Below, piece by piece: positions 51,418 through 60,878 of a stretch of DNA of 64,000 nucleotides. Positions within the stretch are counted from its first letter, which is position 1. Each line of letters opens with the position of its first letter. The notes under the pieces were generated by a model, which had not been told where the DNA came from, made no database searches, and was given only the letters and a program-made list of their open reading frames with translations. The DNA comes from Polyangiales bacterium. GTDB taxonomy: Bacteria; Myxococcota_A; Polyangia; Polyangiales; Polyangiaceae. Made by a program: the position numbers and the translations under genes. The stretch is from positions 96,001-160,000 of the forward strand of contig JBBRLQ010000016.1 of assembly GCA_038231275.1 (NCBI GenBank), read 5' to 3'.

Positions 51418-53991
51418 TCAGCCGAACCAGTACGCGAGCTTCACGAGCACCACGTCGGTGGCCGGTCCCTTGCCGACCGATCCGAAGTGCAACCCGCCTA
51501 CGTCGTTCGGCCCCAGCGTCACGTTCGGCTGCTGCGCGCGCGTGTACACGAGGAAGAGCGTCGAGCCGAGGCGGTACTCCCAGCGCACGACCGCGTTGAC
51601 GTTGAGCACCGCCTCCTCGAAATCGGGATTGCCCGGCAACACTCCGACGAACGGCGTCAAGTCGCCCACGCGCACCGCCGAGCGCGGGCCGCCCGCGGTG
51701 AACGACGAGAACTCGGTGTAGTGCCCCGATGCGACGAGGAGCTGTCCGTACGTCTGGAGCGTGAGGCGTGGCGTAAACGTGTAGGTTGCACGAATCGTCG
51801 CGCCGAGGGCCTTCGCCTCGAGCTTGCCGAAGAGGTACTGCGACGGGCCCGCGCCGAGGCCGACGAAGCGCGGCTCGCCGAAGGTGTAAACGGCGGTGGG
51901 CAGCACCTCGACGTCGAGCTGCGTGAGTACACGGAAGAGGACGCCCGCGGTCGCGTTGAAGATGAGCCCGCCGTTCGTGACCCACTGCGACTGCGTCTCC
52001 GCGTGGAAGCTGACCTTCTTCGTCGGATCGCTCTCGACCTCGAGCTCGTAACCGGCGAGACCCGAGCGCTGGAGCGCGGTGCCGTCGCCGACTTCCCGGT
52101 CGTCGAAGTAGGCGGTGCGGTAGTGGGCTTCGGTAAAAAACTTCCAGTAGTTGTCGAGCGTGCCCGAGACGTTCAGCTGGTAGCCGCCGCCGAGATCGCG
52201 GCCGTCCAAGTTGTAGCGGTCGAAGTACTCGAGCTTCGCGTGCGCCTCGAGGAACACCCACCACTTCTCGAGCTCGCGGTACTCGAGGTCGAGTCGCCAG
52301 CGGTAGTTGTTGGCGCGGCGATCGAAGCCGAGATCGTTGACGTCGAGCTTCCGGTCGTTGAACTCCGCGTTGAGCGCTCCGACCCAGTGCTTGCCGCCCT
52401 CCTTGGAGACGGTGCCTACCGCGCCGGTGCCGATGTCGCCGGGTTGAATCGTAGTGCCGTCGGGGACGTGGCGCGGCGAGCCGTTCTGCAGCTCGGACGC
52501 GACGGCCTGGCCGTTGACGAGCCAGTCGCCGGCCTCGGACCGCCACTGCCCGTCGACGCCGACGACGTAGGCGTTGTTGAAGCAGCGTGAGCCCGCCGGG
52601 ACGACGCTGCTCGGACCGGCGTGGAGCGCGGGGTTGAGCGAGCGCACCGCCGACGTCGCGTCGATCGCGTTGGGGCAGAGTTGGCCGCCGTTCGCGAGGC
52701 GCGCATGGCCGGACGTCGGCTCGGCGTAGTCGACGGCCGTGCCCATGATTCCGAGGTACGCCTTCTCGCTGAGCTCGCGTCTGAGGCGCAGCACGTTGAA
52801 CGCGGCGAGCGGCTCCACCGATCGCGTGACGCGCGTGCCGTCGCCGAGCTGGACCTGCACGTCGTTCTTCGCGGTGAGGGCCTGGAGCGTCCCGATCGTC
52901 CATCCGTCGGCGATGCGGCCGGTCAGCTTGCTGGCGCCGTAGATCGTGGGGGCGGACGGGACGTCGACGAGCTGCTCGGCGTTCACGGGATCCGTGCGGA
53001 GCTGCGGCGCGTCGGGCGAGCGACCGATGCGGCGCGTGTAGAGGAGCTGGATCGGCGTGGAGAACACGTCGACCCCCTCGAGGAAGAACGGGCGCTTCTC
53101 GGGGTAATACGTCTCGAAGTTCGTCAAGTTCAGGACGAGCTGATCGGCCTCGACCTGCGCGAAATCCGGGTTCACCGTCGCGTCGAGGGCGAGGTCGTAC
53201 GTCGGGTGCCATTTCACGTCGAGGCCTGCGCTCGCCGAAAAATCGGTGCCGTGCGCGAGCTGCGTCGACGCCGCGTCGCGGTGCTCCAGGCGCCCAACCA
53301 CGAACGGGCGCAGCTCGAACGGAGTCTTGGCGGTGAGGCCGCTCAGCCCATCGAGCTTTCCATAGCGGGAGACCTCACCGCCGGCGTCGCGCGGGATGAA
53401 GCTCCACTCGTCGGTCTCCTGCCGCTCGGACACACGCCGCTTGGCCTGCATCGACCACGACTGCACGGCGACGTCCGGAAAGCGGAGGATGTGGAGCGGG
53501 ATCTTCATCTCCACGGTCCACCCGGTGGCGGTCACGCGCGTGCGCGCTTCCCAGTTCTCGTCCCAGTTCTCGGCGGTCTGCGTGTCGGCGAAGCGCAGCG
53601 TATCGGTGAGCACGCCCGACGCGTTGACGCGGAACTCGTACGCGCTCTTGGAGTCGCCGCGCGTACCGAACGCGATCGAGACCCAGTCCGACTCGACGAG
53701 TCGCCCGCGCCGCGTCAATCGCTCGACGATCTTCGAGCGGGCTTGCTCGCAGTCGAAGGCGACGTAGACCGCCTCGTCGTCGTACACGATCCGGAGCGTC
53801 GTCGTTTCGCTGGGCGCTTGCCCTTCGTCCGGGAATTTCTGCGTGAACGCCGTCGACGCGGGCGTCTGTTTCCATGCGGCATCGTCAAGGACGCCGTCCA
53901 TCGTGGGCGCGGACGAGACCCGCGTGGCGACCAGGTGCGGGACCGGCCGAGGCGCGGTCGCCTGCATCGGCGGGAGAGCGAAAGGAAACAC
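51418..53991 (-). CDS. CBM9-like + DUF5916 outer-membrane protein
   Basis: MDGVLDDAAW, YDDEAVYV, GWTVEMKIP, TVNPDFAQVEAD..EKRPFFLEG, VRWEYRLGSTLFLVY, KLAYW. Confidence 0.88.
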   Translation of the reverse strand: MFPFALPPMQATAPRPVPHLVATRVSSAPTMDGVLDDAAWKQTPASTAFTQKFPDEGQAPSETTTLRIVYDDEAVYVAFDCEQARSKIVERLTRRGRLVESDWVSIAFGTRGDSKSAYEFRVNASGVLTDTLRFADTQTAENWDENWEARTRVTATGWTVEMKIPLHILRFPDVAVQSWSMQAKRRVSERQETDEWSFIPRDAGGEVSRYGKLDGLSGLTAKTPFELRPFVVGRLEHRDAASTQLAHGTDFSASAGLDVKWHPTYDLALDATVNPDFAQVEADQLVLNLTNFETYYPEKRPFFLEGVDVFSTPIQLLYTRRIGRSPDAPQLRTDPVNAEQLVDVPSAPTIYGASKLTGRIADGWTIGTLQALTAKNDVQVQLGDGTRVTRSVEPLAAFNVLRLRRELSEKAYLGIMGTAVDYAEPTSGHARLANGGQLCPNAIDATSAVRSLNPALHAGPSSVVPAGSRCFNNAYVVGVDGQWRSEAGDWLVNGQAVASELQNGSPRHVPDGTTIQPGDIGTGAVGTVSKEGGKHWVGALNAEFNDRKLDVNDLGFDRRANNYRWRLDLEYRELEKWWVFLEAHAKLEYFDRYNLDGRDLGGGYQLNVSGTLDNYWKFFTEAHYRTAYFDDREVGDGTALQRSGLAGYELEVESDPTKKVSFHAETQSQWVTNGGLIFNATAGVLFRVLTQLDVEVLPTAVYTFGEPRFVGLGAGPSQYLFGKLEAKALGATIRATYTFTPRLTLQTYGQLLVASGHYTEFSSFTAGGPRSAVRVGDLTPFVGVLPGNPDFEEAVLNVNAVVRWEYRLGSTLFLVYTRAQQPNVTLGPNDVGGLHFGSVGKGPATDVVLVKLAYWFG

Positions 53992-53995
53992 GCCG

Positions 53996-54973
53996 TCAGT
54001 TCGCCGCGCGACCGTCCCACGCCGTGAGATCGAGGGCGGCCTTCACCGCCTTGGCGAGCTCCACCGACGGGCCACGGCCCCAGTAGTGGAGGAAGAGGAT
54101 GCGCGGAGTCTCCCCCGTCATGTGGTGGTGAATGGCGACGATGTCGACGCCGGATGCGCGGAGCGATTTCAGGACGGGCTGGAGCTCGGCCTCCGACACG
54201 GCGAAGTCACCGTCGACGACCGCGGCCTCGTCGGTTCCAGCGAACGCCGCCCACGTGCTCACGCCCATCGCCTTGCCCACGGAACAGCCGCACGACGCCG
54301 TCGCCTTGCGTCCCATCGTCGCTTTGTACATTCCGTCCTTCGCGACGCCCTTCACGCCAAGGGACGCGTCGAGCTTCGCGCCGTCGATCTTGCTCGGCGA
54401 CGCGAGCGCGGGGCGATCTGTGCGCGCGCGAGGCGTGGGGGATTTTTGCCTTATCGCTTTCTGCGCGTCGAGAGCGGCGCGGACGCCCTTGCCGAGGCGC
54501 TCGACGGTTCCCTCCCCGCCGATGTGCATGAAGAAGACGCGCGGCGTGTCGTAGAAAAAATGGTTGTGGAGCGCCGTCACTTCGACGGAGCCGTCGAGGA
54601 GCGCGCTCATCATCGGGTTCACTTCGTCCTCGAACGCGACGAGATCGCCCATGACCATCGCCTCTACACCGGGCTTCTCACCCGGCGTGAACGCGGCCCA
54701 CGACGTCAGCCCCATGAACGGCGGCATCGTCCAGCCGTCGACGGCGATGGGAACGTCGGCGCGCGGGAACGAGACCTTCACGGTGGCGTCTTGCGACTCG
54801 GGCTTGCCGCCGGTCGAGGCCGCGACGGCCGCCGGATCGATCGGCTTCGCCTTTGGCGTCGCGCTCGCGGTGGTGGCCGGAGGAGGAGTCGCCGGGGGCG
54901 TCGCGGGTGCCGACGCACAAGCGAACATGAGGAGTGAGGCGGCTGCGGCGAGGGCAGACTGGAACGCGCGCAT
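53996..54973 (-). CDS. DUF1259 (LppY/LpqO-like) lipoprotein, two domains
   Basis: Lipobox MFAC; SWAAF..MGD..VTALHNHF..FMH and WAAF..DGDF..IVAIHHHM..FLHYWG. Confidence 0.88.
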   Translation of the reverse strand: MRAFQSALAAAASLLMFACASAPATPPATPPPATTASATPKAKPIDPAAVAASTGGKPESQDATVKVSFPRADVPIAVDGWTMPPFMGLTSWAAFTPGEKPGVEAMVMGDLVAFEDEVNPMMSALLDGSVEVTALHNHFFYDTPRVFFMHIGGEGTVERLGKGVRAALDAQKAIRQKSPTPRARTDRPALASPSKIDGAKLDASLGVKGVAKDGMYKATMGRKATASCGCSVGKAMGVSTWAAFAGTDEAAVVDGDFAVSEAELQPVLKSLRASGVDIVAIHHHMTGETPRILFLHYWGRGPSVELAKAVKAALDLTAWDGRAAN

Positions 54974-55021
54974 GACTGGCGTCCTACCACGCGCGCGACG
55001 CTGCGAGGACGCGATCCGGCG

Positions 55022-55200
55022 TCATGGCGCGCCGCACGCGGGAGAGCTTCGACCTTCGAGCGAGACCGTCGCGCACGTCGTGAGGCCCACGGCCGCGCAG
55101 TCGACCGTCACGGGCACGCCGCGCTGACATCCTTTCAGCGTGGTGCCCGCGCATTCCTCCACGCACGACGGCGCGCTCGTGGGGATGCACGCGCGCGAGA
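55022..55200 (-). pseudogene. 3' fragment of a Cys-rich secreted protein
   Basis: ACIPTSAPSCVEECAGTTLKGCQRG..VDCAAVGLTTC..ACGAP*; no signal peptide or credible start. Confidence 0.55.
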
Positions 55201-55206
55201 CGTCCC

Positions 55207-55419
55207 ATGGGCGTCCGGCCGCGGGGCGGCCAGCTCGGAAAGGTGCAGACTGCACGCGGTGGAAACGCGTTCAGCTGCGCCATCCTCACGAGCAGCTGCA
55301 CGGCCGGCGACGCCGGATCGTGCGGACCCGTCGTGTGCTGGGGCGCCAACGGCAGCGGGCAGCTTGGCGCCGACGCGGGTGCGACGTCGAGTGTTCCCGT
55401 ATCGGTGTTGGCGCCGTAA
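55207..55419 (+). pseudogene. 3' fragment of an RCC1-repeat protein
   Basis: GQLG..GGNAFSCA..VVCWGANGSGQLG..SSVPVSV: only about one RCC1 blade. Confidence 0.7.
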
Positions 55420-55428
55420 CGGCCGAGC

Positions 55429-56472
55429 CTAGAACTGCCCGGCCGCGCCGAACGTGCCGAGGCCGATCGTCGGAGAGATCCACGCGGTGGCCGGCTTCTT
55501 CGGCGCGGTCACGAGGAGGATCACGCCCGCCGCCGCCGCGACGCCGCCCACGACGAAGGCCACCGTCGAGATCGTCCCCATCGAGTGGTAGCTGTCGAGA
55601 TCGGAATTGAACTGGGTCGCGTCGCCCGCGCTACACGGCTTTGTCGCGCACGCGTTGCTCGAGAGATCGCTGTGCTTGCCCATCGCGATGATGCCGGTGA
55701 TGACGCCAACGAGGACACCGGCGCCGCCGACGCCGATTCCGACGTAGCCGAGCGTGCGGTTCATGGATCCGCCGTTCGTCGAGACGTCCGCGCCGGGAGG
55801 CGGCGGGTTGCCGGTCGTGGGCGGCGGCGCCTGCGGGTCGGTCGGCGGCGGCACCGGGGCGACGACGGCGGTCGGATCGCGCTCGAGGGCGAGCGTGAAC
55901 GTCGCGGCCTTTCCAGGATCGACGGTGAACGTCCCGTCGCCGGCCTTCATGCCGGGCGCCTCCGCGTGCACCGCGTGCTTGCCCGGGTTCACCGGACGCT
56001 CGAGGCCGAGGGCTGCGCTGGGGACGACCGCGCCGTCGAGCGTGACCTTCGGACCATCGGCGCCGGTGACCGTGAGCGTCACCTTCGACCGCTTGCCGGC
56101 GACCGTCTCGATCTCGGTCTTCGCGTCCTCGATGGCGCGCACGATCGTTGGGTTCGCGCCGGGCGGCGCACCCTCGAGGATGATGCGGTGGTAGCTCTCC
56201 CACGACTCGATGTACTTGCCCTGCTGCGCCTGCGCGCGCGCGAGGCCGAGCATCAGCGTCGGCGCGTGGTAGAGCGCGTCGGCTTGCGCGAAAAGCGTCT
56301 CGGCCCCCGCGTAGTCCTTCTTCTCGAGCGCTAGGTTGCCCTTCTCGCCGAGCTCGCGCGCTTGCCCGCGGTTCGCCTCGTTCTGCGCGCTCGCCGAAGA
56401 AGCGCAGAGAAGCGTGGCGAACGACAGCGCGACGCACGAGCGCGAGAACCGAGTCAGGCGTGACAAACGCAT
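55429..56472 (-). CDS. TPR + PEGA-like domain secreted/membrane protein
   Basis: Signal peptide; TPR (A..LF..A..LYHAPT..LARA); VTLDG..VNPGKH.V..APG; C-terminal hydrophobic hairpin ending AGQF. Confidence 0.85.
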   Translation of the reverse strand: MRLSRLTRFSRSCVALSFATLLCASSASAQNEANRGQARELGEKGNLALEKKDYAGAETLFAQADALYHAPTLMLGLARAQAQQGKYIESWESYHRIILEGAPPGANPTIVRAIEDAKTEIETVAGKRSKVTLTVTGADGPKVTLDGAVVPSAALGLERPVNPGKHAVHAEAPGMKAGDGTFTVDPGKAATFTLALERDPTAVVAPVPPPTDPQAPPPTTGNPPPPGADVSTNGGSMNRTLGYVGIGVGGAGVLVGVITGIIAMGKHSDLSSNACATKPCSAGDATQFNSDLDSYHSMGTISTVAFVVGGVAAAAGVILLVTAPKKPATAWISPTIGLGTFGAAGQF

Positions 56473-56746
56473 TCGAAGCCTCCTCTAGAGGACTGAGAGT
56501 AGAGGAGCGAGCCTATCGCATCGACGCGCGCGACCGCCAGCGACTACGACGCGCCGGACGCGCCGACTCGAGTAGGGCGTCATGCCGAAGTGAGGGCGGT
56601 TGTGCAGCGACTGCACGCGTTTTTCGCCGGGACTGCACTCGCCGTGCACCGGCGCACGCGCGTGCTCGCGGCTCCCACATTTTTGGCGTGAACGTTCTTC
56701 CTGTGGTGCTGGGAGAGTGATAGCTGTCAAATGAAGGGGCTTCTTG

Positions 56747-57160
56747 ATGGGACTTCGAACAAAGCTTCTCCCTGCTCTCTTCATTGCGGTGATCGTCGCC
56801 GCGGGAGGGTGCACGGGCGTGCTGGGAGATTTCTCCAGCGCGCAGATCGACGCCGATGGCGGCACGCTGCCGACCGGTGACTCCGGCGGAGACGTGAACA
56901 CGCCGCCCCCGCCGCCACCCGACGACGGCGGAAGCGACGCGCCGGTCGACATCGACTCGGGCTTCGACGCGGGTGTGGACTCGGCGATCCCGCTCGGCCC
57001 TCCCGGCAAGCCCGGCCAGTCCCTCACGGGCGGCGGCACCCTGGCGAAGAGCACGAACTACAAGGTTTGGGTCGCGGTCGGTGAATCCCCCGGTGGGCAG
57101 ATCACCTCGACCTCGACCTCGTACAAGCTTCAGAGCGGCGTGATCGGCGCGACGCAGTAG
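56747..57160 (+). CDS. Lipoprotein with short C-terminal beta motif
   Basis: Lipobox AGGC; DGG/DSG linker; GGG..STNYKV..GE..STSYKLQSG. Confidence 0.8.
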   Translation: MGLRTKLLPALFIAVIVAAGGCTGVLGDFSSAQIDADGGTLPTGDSGGDVNTPPPPPPDDGGSDAPVDIDSGFDAGVDSAIPLGPPGKPGQSLTGGGTLAKSTNYKVWVAVGESPGGQITSTSTSYKLQSGVIGATQ

Positions 57161-57169
57161 TCGCAGGAG

Positions 57170-58195
57170 ATGAGCATGTCTACGAGAGCGATCGGTGGGT
57201 TGGCACTCGTCATTGGCTTGGGTTGGTCGTCGGTCGGTCACGCCGTGCCGCAGCTCCTCACGGAGCAGGGGCGCTTGCTCGACAAGAACAACATCCCCAT
57301 CACCACGCAAGTGACGATGAAGTTCAGCATCTACGCTGCGCCGGCGGCAGGCACCGCCGCGTGGACGGAGACGCAGTCGATCACGCCCGACAACGGGTTC
57401 TTCTCCGCAGAGCTCGGCTCGGTGACGCCGTTCACCGCAGGGCTCTTCGACGGAACGCCGAAGTACTTGGGCCTTCAAGTCGGCGCCGATCCGGAGATGT
57501 CGCCGCGCCAGCCGATGCTGACCACGCCGTACGCGCTCGTGTCCGACAACGCGACCGGCGACATCACGCCGAAGACGGTGTCGGTTGGCGGCGCGGTCGT
57601 CATCGACAAGACCGGCAAATGGGTGGGCTCGCCAACGGGGCTCGTGGGTCCGCAAGGACCGGCCGGTGCCACCGGACCGGCGGGACCGACGGGCGCGCCG
57701 GGGGCGGCGGGAGCGCAAGGACCGGCGGGACCGGCGGGACCGGCGGGACCGGCGGGCCCAACTGGCCCGCAGGGTCCAGCAGGCGCGACGGGCCCGCAGG
57801 GACCCGCAGGTCCGCCGGGACCGGTCGGGCCGATGAGCACCAGCCAGACTGGCCCATTTTCAGTCCCGGCCTCTGCCTTTACCTACAGCTTCCCGGTCCA
57901 GATCAACATCGGCGCCGCGAAGAGCTGCTTCGTCACATCCACGGGTTTCTTGTCCAACAATCCGGTGCTCACAGGGTTGAACCAAACCTATCCGGCTTAC
58001 AACGGAGGCGGGAGTGGTGACGTGAGGTCCGTCTACGGAGGTTACATGCCGTCGTCATCGTCGGCGTTCTCGTCCACGACCTATTCGTCCGTGTTCAACC
58101 TGACCCCGAATACGGTCTACCAGTTCGGATGTGCCCTCTACGCCGCGGTTGCACAGGGCGCCGGTTATTGCACCGTCTCCGTTGCCTGTTACTGA
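57170..58195 (+). CDS. Secreted collagen-like fibre protein
   Basis: AGGAG upstream; signal peptide GHA; LTEQGRL..FSIY..WTE..NGFFS..LG..YLGLQVG..EMSPR..PYAL domain; 22 G-X-Y triplets (57638-57835); C-terminal beta domain. Confidence 0.88.
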   Translation: MSMSTRAIGGLALVIGLGWSSVGHAVPQLLTEQGRLLDKNNIPITTQVTMKFSIYAAPAAGTAAWTETQSITPDNGFFSAELGSVTPFTAGLFDGTPKYLGLQVGADPEMSPRQPMLTTPYALVSDNATGDITPKTVSVGGAVVIDKTGKWVGSPTGLVGPQGPAGATGPAGPTGAPGAAGAQGPAGPAGPAGPAGPTGPQGPAGATGPQGPAGPPGPVGPMSTSQTGPFSVPASAFTYSFPVQINIGAAKSCFVTSTGFLSNNPVLTGLNQTYPAYNGGGSGDVRSVYGGYMPSSSSAFSSTTYSSVFNLTPNTVYQFGCALYAAVAQGAGYCTVSVACY

Positions 58196-58210
58196 GAGCC
58201 TCGTGACGTC

Positions 58211-59503
58211 GTGTCTCTCTTCGCGTTGAGCGACGCCGCGTGGCGCGTCGTCCTGCTCTACGCGCTTGGCGTGGCGCCCTACGCGGCGCCGCCCGAGGGT
58301 GTGGGCGCGCGCACGCCCGTCGTCGCCGCAGTGCGGTTCGCGATCTTCGTGGCGATCGCGCTCGCGCTCACCATCGTCGTCCGCCGCGCTGGCGCTAGGC
58401 ACCCGCGCTTGGCGCTCCTCGCAGCGCTGAGCCTCGTAGGCGTACCCATTGCGGCGTTCGTCTTCGCGGGCGACCGCGGACCGCTCGCGCGAGGCGCGTG
58501 GGTCGCGACGCCGCTCGTCTGGTGCACGATTGCTGCGGCGCTCGGCGGCCCGGCGGCCGCGCGTCTGTCGCGTGGAGCCGGCGAGCGGGTGGCGCGTCGG
58601 ACGGCGGTCGGTCTCGTCGCGGTGGGCCTGACGCTCGGCGCGGCCAGCATCGCGCTCGCCGCGCCGCAGCTCATGTCACGCGACGCGCTTTGGACACGCG
58701 CCATGGCGATCAATCCGGGCGATGAGAACGCGGCGCGCGCGATCGCCCTACGCGCCCGAGGGCGCGGGGATGCGCACGGCTCGTACGACACGTTCGCCGC
58801 GTGCCTGCGCCTGAAACCGAAGAACTGCGGCTGCGCCGAAGGCCTCGCCGAGGACGCCACCGACCTCGGGCGCCACCTCGACGCCCGCACAGCACTCGAC
58901 GCTACGGTCACGTGCCCGCCGACCGCGCACCGCATGGCGCTGACGGCCGAGGCCCTCGTCGGAACGCGCGCGCTCGACGAAGGCATCCGCGAGGCCGATC
59001 TCGCGCTCGCCCAGTCGCCCGATGACGCGCGCGCCACGTACGCGCGCGCGTGGGGCACGTACCTGAAGGGCAATGGCACGTCGGCACGCGCCGACGCCAA
59101 GCGCGCCGTCGAGCTCGGACGTGGCACGCAGGCGCGCCTCCTCTATGGGCTGCTCCTCTATGTCGCGGGCGATCTAGACCTCGCTTCTGCGGAGTTTCAG
59201 GCCATCCTCGCGTCGGAGCCGAACAACGTGCAGGCGACGTACGACTCGGCGCTCGTCGCGCAAAAGAAAAGTCAGTACCGCGAGGCGCGCGAGGGATACC
59301 TCCGTACGTTGAAGCTCGAGCCGAGCATGGCGGACGCGCGCTACAACCTCGTCGTGCTCACCCAGGGGCTCGGCGCGACGATGGAGGCGCAGCACCACCT
59401 CGACGAGTTCGTCGCGGCGTACCCGAACGATCCTCGCGCAACCTCGCTGCGCCAGCTGCTGACCGCTCCGCCGCCCCGCCGTGCCGTTACCCTCGGGAAC
59501 TAG
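58211..59503 (+). CDS. Multi-TM protein with C-terminal TPR repeats
   Basis: About 5 TM helices then TPR motifs (ADARYNL, YPNDP). Start approximate. Confidence 0.8.
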   Translation: MSLFALSDAAWRVVLLYALGVAPYAAPPEGVGARTPVVAAVRFAIFVAIALALTIVVRRAGARHPRLALLAALSLVGVPIAAFVFAGDRGPLARGAWVATPLVWCTIAAALGGPAAARLSRGAGERVARRTAVGLVAVGLTLGAASIALAAPQLMSRDALWTRAMAINPGDENAARAIALRARGRGDAHGSYDTFAACLRLKPKNCGCAEGLAEDATDLGRHLDARTALDATVTCPPTAHRMALTAEALVGTRALDEGIREADLALAQSPDDARATYARAWGTYLKGNGTSARADAKRAVELGRGTQARLLYGLLLYVAGDLDLASAEFQAILASEPNNVQATYDSALVAQKKSQYREAREGYLRTLKLEPSMADARYNLVVLTQGLGATMEAQHHLDEFVAAYPNDPRATSLRQLLTAPPPRRAVTLGN

Positions 59504-59609
59504 CAAGAACGCCACGTAGTGCCCATTTGCCACACCAGCCCTCGCTTGACGTCGACCTTTCGCGTGAGCGCAGGCAGAACAATACTAGGGAGGCTATAGT
59601 TAAAAGCCT

Positions 59610-59625
59610 TGGCACAGCGCATGCT
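59610..59625 (+). promoter_or_regulatory. Putative sigma54 promoter of the OmpA-family gene
   Basis: TGGCACAGCGCATGCT (GG-N10-GC), preceded by the AT-rich inverted repeat AGGCT-N9-AGCCT at 59591-59609. Confidence 0.6.
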
Positions 59626-59672
59626 GCCGCGCTCACTTGAAAATCGAAAGCTCGACCCCAAGGAGGTTACCC

Positions 59673-60215
59673 ATGCGCCCCATCGTTGCCCTCTCTCCCC
59701 TGACGCTCGCCGCCGCGCTGATGCTCGGCTGCGCGGACAAGCCCATCGTGAATCCCCCCCAGACGCCGGTCCACCAAACGACGACGACGACCGCAGCGCC
59801 GCCTCCCGCGAAGGCGCCCGATCAGAGCGGCCGTCCGCTCCTCGTCTCCGATGACATCGTGAAGGCGTGCAACCTCCAGCTTGGCAATGTCGAGTCCGCG
59901 CCGAAGTTCGACTTCGACAAGACCGATCTGTCACCGACCGATCGCAACGTGCTTCAGCAGATTGCGACGTGCGTGACGACCGGCCCGCTCAAGGGTCGCA
60001 CGCTCAAGCTCATCGGACGCGCCGACGCGCGCGGCGAGGCCGAGTACAACATGGGCCTCGGCGAGCACCGCGCCGACAGCGTGAAGCGCTACCTCGGAGG
60101 CCTCGGCGTGCCCGGCGGCCAGGTGACCGAGACGTCGCGCGGCAAGCTCGACGCGACGGGGACCGACGACGCGACGATGCAGCGCGATCGCCGCGTCGAC
60201 ATCGCGCTCCAGTAA
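59673..60215 (+). CDS. OmpA/Pal-like peptidoglycan-binding lipoprotein
   Basis: AGGAGG RBS; lipobox LGC; FDFDK, GRADARG..YNMGLGEHRA, SRGK, DRRVDI. Confidence 0.93.
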   Translation: MRPIVALSPLTLAAALMLGCADKPIVNPPQTPVHQTTTTTAAPPPAKAPDQSGRPLLVSDDIVKACNLQLGNVESAPKFDFDKTDLSPTDRNVLQQIATCVTTGPLKGRTLKLIGRADARGEAEYNMGLGEHRADSVKRYLGGLGVPGGQVTETSRGKLDATGTDDATMQRDRRVDIALQ

Positions 60216-60246
60216 CTCCAGCGGCTCCAGCTTGGAGAGAGCGGCG

Positions 60247-60726
60247 TCAGCGCAGCGGTGCGAACATGTCGGCGAGGGAGCGGGCTCCTTCGCCGCGGAT
60301 TCGGCGCTGCGCTTCGGCCCACGCCTCCGAGGGGCTGCTCGGCGCGGTCTCGTCGTCGGAGGCGCGGTGCCAGCTCCATTGCTCGACCAGACGCGCGCCG
60401 CCCACGCGAAAGAGCGCCACGCCTTGCGTCTCGCGCAGGGCGCCGTCGCGTGACCTGCGGATCGTCGCCCGCGCGGCGACCAGATCTCCGTCGGCGCCGA
60501 GGATCTCGAACGCGATGTCCGCATCAGGGTGGGCGGCGCGAAAGCGGGGGACGAGCGACCGCACCGCGGCGGGCCCGAGGACGCCGGGCTGCGCGTGATC
60601 GAGGTACCCCGGCCCGAGCACCGCGTCGGCCACCGCGCCCTCACCGGTGCTCCACATCTCGAAGTACCGTCGCACGAGCGCCTCGCTCTCCAGGACCTGC
60701 GAGCCATGATTCGGGGGGATGCACAT
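60247..60726 (-). CDS. SnoaL/NTF2-like (ester cyclase) protein
   Basis: LVRRYFE..YLDH..HPD..ADGDLVA..FRV..LVEQW; AAGGAG upstream of ATG 60726. Confidence 0.8.
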   Translation of the reverse strand: MCIPPNHGSQVLESEALVRRYFEMWSTGEGAVADAVLGPGYLDHAQPGVLGPAAVRSLVPRFRAAHPDADIAFEILGADGDLVAARATIRRSRDGALRETQGVALFRVGGARLVEQWSWHRASDDETAPSSPSEAWAEAQRRIRGEGARSLADMFAPLR

Positions 60727-60757
60727 GCGGGGCTCCTTTCGTGCGGGCGGTCGCAAT

Positions 60758-60810
60758 CGGAACGCTGCTTCCGTTTAATAGTTATACGGAACCTCCCCTC
60801 CGCTTGTCAA
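60758..60810 (-). promoter_or_regulatory. Sigma70-type promoter with two operator-like palindromes
   Basis: Minus strand TTGACA-18nt-TATAAC; CGGA-N8-TCCG at 60787-60802 and 60758-60773. Confidence 0.75.
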
Positions 60811-60878
60811 CGCACGCCGGAGACCCTTCTTTTCCCGCGGATTCGCCGAGTGCGAGGGGCCTGGGCTAGACTGCCGCC

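Noticed and set aside
56747..58195. Prophage tail-fibre region
   Set aside because: No capsid, terminase, tail or integrase genes nearby, and the protein has a Sec signal peptide.
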